Shown here in pieces: positions 30,019 through 36,688 of a DNA stretch of 64,000 bases. Origin of the DNA: Minisyncoccota bacterium (GTDB lineage: Bacteria > Patescibacteriota > Minisyncoccia > Phycocordibacterales > Phycocordibacteraceae); assembly GCA_041660025.1 (NCBI GenBank), contig JBAZXD010000002.1, positions 4,635 to 68,634 on the forward strand, given 5' to 3'. Under the pieces are notes generated by a model, which was not told the DNA's origin, searched no databases, and was given only the letters and a program-made list of their open reading frames with translations. How positions within the stretch are numbered: position 1 is the first letter of the stretch; each line of letters starts with the position of its first letter. Both the position numbers and the translations under genes were made by a program.

Positions 30019-31191
30019 ATGACTGATACCATGAAAAAGAGGAAGATCTGTTTTGTCATAACCAGTTTCATCCACTACAGCAGGAATATGCTTGTCCTGG
30101 AGGAACTGAAGAAAAGGCCTGATGTCGAACTCCATGTCGTGATTGGCGGTGCGGCATTGATCTCTCGATATGCCTCGAGGTCTGCGACGATCAGCCAGAT
30201 TCTTATTAATGATCATTTCGAGCATATTCATGAAATTCACTTCAATCTTGAAGGAGATCTTCCTATCATCAAAGGCAAGACAACGGGCTTGGGGATAATA
30301 GAGTTCTCGACACTGTTCAACAACCTCAAGCCGGACCTGGTGGTAATCAGGGGTGATAGATTCGAAGTTTTAGCAGCCGTAATCGCTGCTGCGTACTCAA
30401 ATATTCCGATTGCCCATATAGAAGGCGGGGATGTCTCCGGCACGATAGATGAAAGCGTCCGACACGCAATTACGAAATTCTCGCACATTCATTTTCCTAC
30501 TAATACCGAATCGAAGGACCGTATCATCCGAATGGGCGAGGATCCAAAATACATTTTCAATCTAGGCTCCCCAGAGGTGGAGGTTGTTTCGAAGATGAAA
30601 AAAAAGAATTATAAAATTGATATCGCCAAGACAGGTAGCGGAGCGGACATTTCTCTCAGCAAGGATTACATCATCGTGATGTATCATCCGGTGACGACTG
30701 AATTGAAGGACAGCGTTTCGAACATACAAAAGCTCATCAAGGTCGTTCATGAACTCAATGTACAGACACTATGGTTCTGGCCTAATGCCGATGTCGGTTC
30801 CGAAGAGATCGCCCATCAGTTGCGCATATTCAACGATAGAACCAGGAATCATAAGATACGCTTCCTGCGAGATATCCCTTCCAGAGAATTCTTAACACTT
30901 CTTAAAAACAGCCGTTGCTTGGTGGGAAATTCTTCGGCAGGTATGAAAGAATGTTCATATTTTGGCGTACCTGCCGTGAATATCGGCACTAGGCAGAACG
31001 GCCGATTGCACGCGAAGAACGTCATAAACGTCACTCACAGTGAAGCTTCGATACGAGAGGGAATCCGAACACAGATGAGGAAGAAACGATACCCCTCTTC
31101 GGATCTATACAAAGCCGATAACACCGCAAAGAAAATGGCGGAAGTTATGGCGACAATCAATCTATATGTGCAGAAACGATTTATTGATTAA
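30019..31191 (+). CDS. neuC: UDP-N-acetylglucosamine 2-epimerase, hydrolysing (NeuC-like)
   Basis: KICFVITSFIHYSRNMLVLEEL, IAHIEGGDVSGTIDESVRHAITKFSHIHFPTN and HPVTTE are Epimerase_2 motifs. It sits directly between the neuB-like and neuA-like genes. Confidence 0.7.
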   Translation: MTDTMKKRKICFVITSFIHYSRNMLVLEELKKRPDVELHVVIGGAALISRYASRSATISQILINDHFEHIHEIHFNLEGDLPIIKGKTTGLGIIEFSTLFNNLKPDLVVIRGDRFEVLAAVIAAAYSNIPIAHIEGGDVSGTIDESVRHAITKFSHIHFPTNTESKDRIIRMGEDPKYIFNLGSPEVEVVSKMKKKNYKIDIAKTGSGADISLSKDYIIVMYHPVTTELKDSVSNIQKLIKVVHELNVQTLWFWPNADVGSEEIAHQLRIFNDRTRNHKIRFLRDIPSREFLTLLKNSRCLVGNSSAGMKECSYFGVPAVNIGTRQNGRLHAKNVINVTHSEASIREGIRTQMRKKRYPSSDLYKADNTAKKMAEVMATINLYVQKRFID

Positions 31192-31193
31192 AT

Positions 31194-31928
31194 ATGATTT
31201 TTGAGAAAAAAATCCTAGGAGTCATCACCGCGCGTGGCGGGTCGAAAGGGCTGCCAGGGAAGAACATAAAACTGCTCAACGGGAAACCGCTCATCGTGTA
31301 TACGATAGAAGCCGCTCGAGAAAGCAGACTGATTACCGATCTCATCGTCTCGACGGACAGCGAGGAGATAGCCGGAATCTGTCGCGAGCACGGGGCAGAG
31401 GTTCCCTTCATCCAGCCGGCGGAATTGGCGACCGACACCTCAGGACATCTTGAGGTTATGCAATACGCGACGAAGTTCATGGAAGAGCAGAAAAGCACTG
31501 CCTATGATTATGTCGTGATATTCCAACCCACCTCTCCGTTCCGTACGGTGGATGACATAGACAAGACAATTGAAAAAATAATCGAGCACAATGCGGACAG
31601 CGCCTTTTCCATGTGTGCAGTAGAGCCCAGCCAGCATCCAATCAAGGTGAAAAAAATGGAAGGAGATACAGTACTGCCGTATTGTATGGAAGAAATGATC
31701 GGCACCCATCGGCAGGATTTCCCGAAAGCGTATAAGCGTTCAGGTGCGGTATATGTCACGGGGCGCGATATTTTGATGAAAGAAAATAAACTATTCGGTG
31801 ACTTCATAGTGGGTCACATCGTGCCTGCCGAACGTTCGATTGATATCGATACCGAATACGATTGGGTCTTGGCGGAATATAAATACAAAAAACTTAAAGA
31901 GCAGGGGTTCTTTGGAAAGACGGCTTGA
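31194..31928 (+). CDS. neuA: Acylneuraminate cytidylyltransferase (CMP-nonulosonic acid synthetase)
   Basis: ILGVITARGGSKGLPGKNIKLLNGKPLIVYTIEAA is the CTP_transf_3 signature. Last gene of the low-GC island. Confidence 0.75.
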   Translation: MIFEKKILGVITARGGSKGLPGKNIKLLNGKPLIVYTIEAARESRLITDLIVSTDSEEIAGICREHGAEVPFIQPAELATDTSGHLEVMQYATKFMEEQKSTAYDYVVIFQPTSPFRTVDDIDKTIEKIIEHNADSAFSMCAVEPSQHPIKVKKMEGDTVLPYCMEEMIGTHRQDFPKAYKRSGAVYVTGRDILMKENKLFGDFIVGHIVPAERSIDIDTEYDWVLAEYKYKKLKEQGFFGKTA

Positions 31929-32036
31929 TACTAGACCACCACTCCTCTTATTCCAAGATGCAGAGGGCGTGATATCATTACCGTATCCTCCCTGGAGGAG
32001 AAGGATCATTATCCCGTAACTAACTATTAAGCCAGT

Positions 32037-32906
32037 ATGAAAAAATTTATAGCGACAGCAGGGGCTCTGGCACTCGCGCTTGGCGGGTTCCCAGTGGCTC
32101 TCGTGCATGCGGAGCGGGGAAGCGATGACGCGAACGTACAGGTAACTGCGGTCACAGCAGTGCGTGTCTCTGATGACGCGACGGACGATGATACGGACGA
32201 TGGGGACAAGACAGTGTCCGTAACCGCGCAAATTGATAATGACAGCGACGACTCGGATGCGACGAGCACCGACGTCTCGGCAATATCGGGCAAGCAGAGA
32301 AGCGAAGAAGAGAAGAAGTTGCGCGAAGCGCGCAGGGAAGAAGTGAAGCTCGCACTCGAAACGCTGAAGGAGAGTATTCGCTTCGAGCTCGAGGATGACG
32401 AGGACCGAGCGTCCTCGATTGCAGAGCTGAAGCAGAAGATAGAGGAACGCAGGCAAGAACTCGACGATGAAGAGGCGAGCACGACACCTCGGTTCAAGGA
32501 TGTGATGAAGAACGCGAACGAAGTGCGTCTCGCGGTACACACGCTCCTCGCCTCGAAGGATCTCTTGGGCGGCATCGGACAGCAAGTGTCGGAGATCGCG
32601 AAGCAGATGAACGACTCGGTCGCGACGACGACGAACGCCGAAGCGCAGATCGAGTCGCGCGGCTTCCTCTCGAAGATCTTCTTCGGCGGCGACAAGCGGG
32701 CCGCTGAAGCCATCAGCAAGGAGGCGAAGCGCAATCAGGAGAGCATCGCGAAGCTCACCGAGCTCCTGAACGAGGCGAATCTCTCGGTGGATATCCAGGC
32801 GGCGCTTGAAGCGCAGGTAACTGCGCTCAAGGAGGCGCAGGCCCGTTTCCAGGCGCTCGCAGAGAAGGAGCAAAGGACGTGGGGCATCTTCAGTTGGAGG
32901 TTCTAA
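32037..32906 (+). CDS. Secreted acidic, Asp-rich, coiled-coil-rich hypothetical protein
   Basis: Signal peptide MKKFIATAGALALALGGFPVALVHA. D-rich tract DDATDDDTDDGDK...DNDSDDSDATSTD. Heptad-like E/K/L-rich C-half. The overlapping 360-aa minus-strand ORF is Leu/Arg-rich GC shadow. Confidence 0.5.
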   Translation: MKKFIATAGALALALGGFPVALVHAERGSDDANVQVTAVTAVRVSDDATDDDTDDGDKTVSVTAQIDNDSDDSDATSTDVSAISGKQRSEEEKKLREARREEVKLALETLKESIRFELEDDEDRASSIAELKQKIEERRQELDDEEASTTPRFKDVMKNANEVRLAVHTLLASKDLLGGIGQQVSEIAKQMNDSVATTTNAEAQIESRGFLSKIFFGGDKRAAEAISKEAKRNQESIAKLTELLNEANLSVDIQAALEAQVTALKEAQARFQALAEKEQRTWGIFSWRF

Positions 32907-33035
32907 GCTCGCAAAGCCGAGCTTCCTCCCGGCGCTCGCTCGGAAGAATGAAATGAGAATTTCTTCTTCGCTTGCTCGCTTGGTAGTAGAAGATTAGGGA
33001 AAAGAGCGGCCGCCCCAGAGGGGGCGGCCGCGCTT
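32907..33035 (+). repeat. Conserved post-stop-codon intergenic element, copy B, ending in an 11-bp-stem GC hairpin
   Basis: CAAAGCCGAGCTTCCTCCC GGCGCTCGCTCG, then hairpin GAAGAA-tgaaatgagaat-TTCTTC, then GCTTGCTCGCTTGGTAGTA GAAGA. Starts at the first base after the TAA stop at 32904-32906. Confidence 0.55.
33006..33031 (+). terminator. GC-rich hairpin gcggccgcccc-agag-ggggcggccgc (11-bp stem)
   Basis: Perfect inverted repeat. No T-run, so it may be a Rho-independent-like or stability element. Confidence 0.4.
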
Positions 33036-33055
33036 CGTGGTATAGTTGCCCCATT

Positions 33056-35230
33056 ATGGAGGGGGACGGTATCGCAAAGAACATCGCACGATGGGTAGCG
33101 CTCGGCGCGCTCTTCCTTATCCCGTTTACGCCGCTCATCGTCGCGGGGGGATACTTCTTCCCCTTTATCACCGGCAAGGCGTTCTTCTTCCGTATCCTGA
33201 TCGAGATCGCCGTCTCCGCGTGGGTGGTGCTCGCACTTCTCGATAAGGAATACCGTCCGCGCTTCTCGCTCGTTGGCGCGGCGGTTGTCGCCTTCACCCT
33301 GTGGATGTTCATCGCCGACGCCTTCGCGCCGAACGCGGCAAAAGCGTTCTGGAGCAACTTCGAGCGTATGGAGGGCTGGGTGCTCCTCGTACACCTCCTC
33401 GGATTCTTCTTCGCCGCGAGTGCGGTGCTGAGGGTGCAGGAGAAGTGGCGCGCATGGTTTCTTACCTCGCTCGGGGTCTCCGCCGCCGTCGTCGGGTACG
33501 CTCTGCTTCAATTGAACGGAACATTCGCGATTCATCAGGGCTCTACCCGCATCGACGCCTCGATGGGCAACTCCGCCTACCTCGCGATCTATCTCCTCTT
33601 CAACGTGTTCATCGCGCTTTGGCTCGCACTGACCGAGAGGCTCGCGTGGCTCAAATGGTCCCTTATCGCGCTTGCGGCGGTGGAGGCCGTTCTTATTTTC
33701 TTTACCGAAACACGCGGCGCTATCTTAGGGCTTGTCGGCGCGCTCGCGCTCGCGGCGTTCCTGACCGCGCTCTCCGCCGGGAAGCACGCCCGCCGCGGAG
33801 CGGCGGGCGTGCTCATCCTCATCCTGTTTCTCGCGGGCGGCTTCTATCTCGCGCGCGATTCAGCGTTCGTGCAGGGGAATCACGTACTTCAGCGTGTCGC
33901 CTCTATCTCGCTTACCGACGGTGCGACGCGCTTTACCATCTGGCAAATGGCGTTTCGAGGCGCGCTCGAGCGCCCGCTCACCGGCTGGGGGCAGGAAGGA
34001 TTCAATTACGTTTTCAACAAGCAGTATGACCCCTCGCTCTATGCGCAGGAGCCGTGGTTCGACCGGGCGCACAACGCATTCATCGATTGGCTCTCAGCGG
34101 GAGGCATGCCCGCATTCCTGCTCTATCTCTCGCTCTTCGGTACGACCATCGTACTGCTGTGGCGAAGTTCCGAGCTCTCGCGTCCGGAGCGTACTCTGCT
34201 TACCGCCGCACTCGCCGGCTACGCCGTCCACAATCTCTTCGTCTTCGACAACCTCTATTCCTATATATATTTCTTCGCGATACTCGCGCTCGTCGACTCA
34301 CAGGTGGGCCGCCCTGTCGCTCGATGCGAGAACGCGCCGGAGCTTCCTGCTGAAGCGGGGATGGCGTATGCGCTCCCGATCGCTACCGTCGTGGCGCTCG
34401 CGCTCATCTGGTCGGTAAACGTCTCCGGTATGCAGGTTGCGACGAAACTCATCACGGCGCTGTCAGGCTCTTCTGGTGGTATCGGCGCGAGCATCACCGT
34501 CTTTGAAGACCTTGCCGCTCATCCGGCGTTCGCCGCGCAGGAGATCCGCGAACAGCTCGTCTCGTTCTCAGCGGCGGTCGCACGGAGCCAGCAGGCGACG
34601 AATGAAGAGAAACAGCGGGCGGTCTCGCTCGCGGCGAGCGAGATGCAGAAACAGGTCGCCGCGTATCCGCGCGACGCGCGCGCGCGGCTCCAGCTCTCCT
34701 ACGTATATCGCACCGCCGGCGATAGCGCGAGCGCGCTGAAGGAGATCAAGGCCGCCATCGCGCTCTCACCGCAGAAGGAGGGCTTCTGGATCGAGGCGGG
34801 CGCAGTTGAATGGGACCTCGGCGATGTTGCTGCGGCGCGGAAAAGTTTTTATACCGCGTATGAGCTCGGGAAGCAGTTCTCCGGACTCGCCGCGTATGCC
34901 GCCGCTGGCGACATCCTTGTCGGCGACCTTGCGGCCGCCGACAAGGTCCTGCGCGAGGCCTACGGCACGACGGCTGTCGACAGCGATATTCTCGCGGTCG
35001 CCTATTACCGCACCAAGAATTGGCCGCGACTCATCAGCCTCTGGAGGATGCGGGCGGAACAGCCGGGCGCGACCGCCGAGACCTGGTTCTCGCTCGCCGC
35101 CGCTTATTACACCTCGGGCGACCGGGCGAATGCCGTCAAGACGATCAACAAGGCGGTCGCGCTTTATCCGGCCTCCGCGGCGGCGGGCGCCTCTGCCATC
35201 AAGCAGATAGAGGCCGCCGCCGCGCAATGA
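33056..35230 (+). CDS. O-antigen ligase/polymerase-family (Wzy_C-like) polytopic membrane protein fused to a C-terminal TPR-repeat domain
   Basis: N-terminal 430 aa with about 10-12 TM helices and the loop AHNAFIDWLSAGGMPAFLLYL typical of the O-antigen-ligase family. The C-terminal 300 aa are Ala-rich TPR-like repeats (LQLSYVYRTAGDSASALKEIKAAIALSP ...). Confidence 0.6.
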   Translation: MEGDGIAKNIARWVALGALFLIPFTPLIVAGGYFFPFITGKAFFFRILIEIAVSAWVVLALLDKEYRPRFSLVGAAVVAFTLWMFIADAFAPNAAKAFWSNFERMEGWVLLVHLLGFFFAASAVLRVQEKWRAWFLTSLGVSAAVVGYALLQLNGTFAIHQGSTRIDASMGNSAYLAIYLLFNVFIALWLALTERLAWLKWSLIALAAVEAVLIFFTETRGAILGLVGALALAAFLTALSAGKHARRGAAGVLILILFLAGGFYLARDSAFVQGNHVLQRVASISLTDGATRFTIWQMAFRGALERPLTGWGQEGFNYVFNKQYDPSLYAQEPWFDRAHNAFIDWLSAGGMPAFLLYLSLFGTTIVLLWRSSELSRPERTLLTAALAGYAVHNLFVFDNLYSYIYFFAILALVDSQVGRPVARCENAPELPAEAGMAYALPIATVVALALIWSVNVSGMQVATKLITALSGSSGGIGASITVFEDLAAHPAFAAQEIREQLVSFSAAVARSQQATNEEKQRAVSLAASEMQKQVAAYPRDARARLQLSYVYRTAGDSASALKEIKAAIALSPQKEGFWIEAGAVEWDLGDVAAARKSFYTAYELGKQFSGLAAYAAAGDILVGDLAAADKVLREAYGTTAVDSDILAVAYYRTKNWPRLISLWRMRAEQPGATAETWFSLAAAYYTSGDRANAVKTINKAVALYPASAAAGASAIKQIEAAAAQ

Positions 35231-36297
35231 ACCTCCAGGAACACGTCCCGCTCGCGCCCCTTACCACACTCGGCGTGGGCGGGGAGGCGCGATTTTTCGT
35301 TTCTGCACAGTCAGTCGAGGAGGTACAGGAGGCGCTCGAGTTCGCGCGAAGCCGCGCGCTCCCGCTCTTTGTGCTCGGCGGCGGCTCGAACATCGTCATC
35401 GGTGACGACGGCTGGGACGGGCTCGTGCTCGCGCTCCAGATACCGGACATTGCCGAGAGCGAACAGAACGGCCGCGCGATACTGACGGTCGGTGCCGGCG
35501 TCGTGTGGGACGACTTCGTCGCATATGCAATCGAGCGGGGATTCATCGGCATCGAATGCCTCTCCGGCATTCCAGGGTTGGTCGGCGGCGCGGTGGTCGC
35601 GAATGTCGGCGCGTACGGAGCGCAATGTAGCGACACGCTCATACGCGCGGACGTGCTCGTACGCGGCGATGGACAGGACTCAGTCCAGGTTTTCAAGAAT
35701 GAAGAATGTAATTTTTCATATCACGACAGCAGATTCAGTCACGAGCCCGGGCGATATATCGTACTGCGCGCGACCTTCTCGCTCGCGACCACCGGCACCT
35801 CACATCTCTCCTATCGGGACAACCGTTTCGATCTGAACGCACTCGCCGCAAAGAACGGCCGCGAGCCGACGCCGGCGGATGTCCGCGCCGCAGTGCTCGG
35901 TATGCGCGAGGAAAAGGGCGTCCTCGGCAGTTCCTATAAGAGCGCCGGGTCGTTCTTCCATATGCCGTTCGTCTCGCCGGAGCAGTATGCGCGAATCAGG
36001 GCCCAGGCGTGCGCGCTCGACGCGGTGAAGGAGGAGCGGCTGCGCCCCTGGGCGTGGAAACAGCCGGACGGAACCTACAAGATCGCCCCCGGCTTCTTGC
36101 TCGAGTACACGGAGTTCCAGCGGGGGTATGTACGCGGGAATGTCGGCATATCACCGCGGCACACACTGTCGATCATCAATGTCGGCGGCGCGCAGTCGCG
36201 CGATATCGCGGAGCTCGCGCGCGATATGCAAAACGCGGTTGAGAAAATTTTTGGCATTCAACTTGAGCGCGAAGTGGAGTATGTCGGTTTCGCATAA
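35227..36297 (+). CDS. murB: UDP-N-acetylenolpyruvoylglucosamine reductase
   Basis: MNLQEHVPLAPLTTLGVGGEARFF, LFVLGGGSNIV and GGAVVANVGAYG are MurB FAD-binding motifs. ATGA overlap with the upstream stop. Start at the internal Met, not the track's 35020. Confidence 0.8.
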   Translation: MNLQEHVPLAPLTTLGVGGEARFFVSAQSVEEVQEALEFARSRALPLFVLGGGSNIVIGDDGWDGLVLALQIPDIAESEQNGRAILTVGAGVVWDDFVAYAIERGFIGIECLSGIPGLVGGAVVANVGAYGAQCSDTLIRADVLVRGDGQDSVQVFKNEECNFSYHDSRFSHEPGRYIVLRATFSLATTGTSHLSYRDNRFDLNALAAKNGREPTPADVRAAVLGMREEKGVLGSSYKSAGSFFHMPFVSPEQYARIRAQACALDAVKEERLRPWAWKQPDGTYKIAPGFLLEYTEFQRGYVRGNVGISPRHTLSIINVGGAQSRDIAELARDMQNAVEKIFGIQLEREVEYVGFA

Positions 36298-36437
36298 GTT
36301 ATCCACACTCCGCTTTTTTTTCTCACACAAAAAGTTTTTTACGCGCGATAATAACGTATAGAAACGTTTGCGAGTGAAATATTTTCTCGCGCAGACGGGT
36401 CGACATACCAGCCCTCACCCATAATTCGCAAACCACC

Positions 36438-36518
36438 ATGGCAAAAAAGCGTAAGGCCGCGAAGAAGACAGCAAAGCGCAAGACAACGAAGCGCAAGGCT
36501 GCAAAGAAGCGCAAATAG
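36438..36518 (+). CDS. Candidate 26-aa Lys/Ala-rich micro-ORF (MAKKRKAAKKTAKRKTTKRKAAKKRK)
   Basis: ATG..TAG open frame found by reading the sequence; absent from the ORF track. Composition resembles histone H1/Hc1-like basic tails. Conserved element copy C starts at the first base after its stop codon. Confidence 0.25.
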   Translation: MAKKRKAAKKTAKRKTTKRKAAKKRK

Positions 36519-36640
36519 TTTCGTAAACAAAGTTTGCTCCCAGCGCTCGCTCGAAAAAGAAAAATCAGAATCTTTCTTTTCTCTCGCTCGCTTGGTAGTA
36601 AAAAGAAAAATCCCTCCGTTCGCGGAGGGATTTTTCTTTG
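36519..36640 (+). repeat. Conserved post-stop-codon intergenic element, copy C, ending in a canonical intrinsic terminator
   Basis: CAAAGTTTGCTCCC AGCGCTCGCTCG, then an A/T hairpin, then TCTCGCTCGCTTGGTAGTA AAAAGAAAAA, then the terminator. Confidence 0.55.
36603..36637 (+). terminator. Rho-independent terminator aaaaATCCCTCC-gttcgc-GGAGGGATttttctttg
   Basis: 8-bp GC-rich stem followed by a T-run. Confidence 0.7.
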
Positions 36641-36688
36641 TGCACCGCACAAGTATCAGACGCGCAGACGTAGTATAAAATACTATCG

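Noticed and set aside
31791-32873. 360-aa minus-strand ORF overlapping the acidic secreted protein gene
   Set aside because: The plus-strand frame has a canonical signal peptide and coiled-coil periodicity. The minus frame is Leu/Arg-rich and looks like shadow.
35020-35226. Upstream extension of the murB ORF (track start 35020)
   Set aside because: It would overlap the 3' end of the O-antigen-ligase gene by about 200 nt. The conserved MurB N-terminus begins at the internal Met at 35227, which forms an ATGA overlap with the upstream stop.
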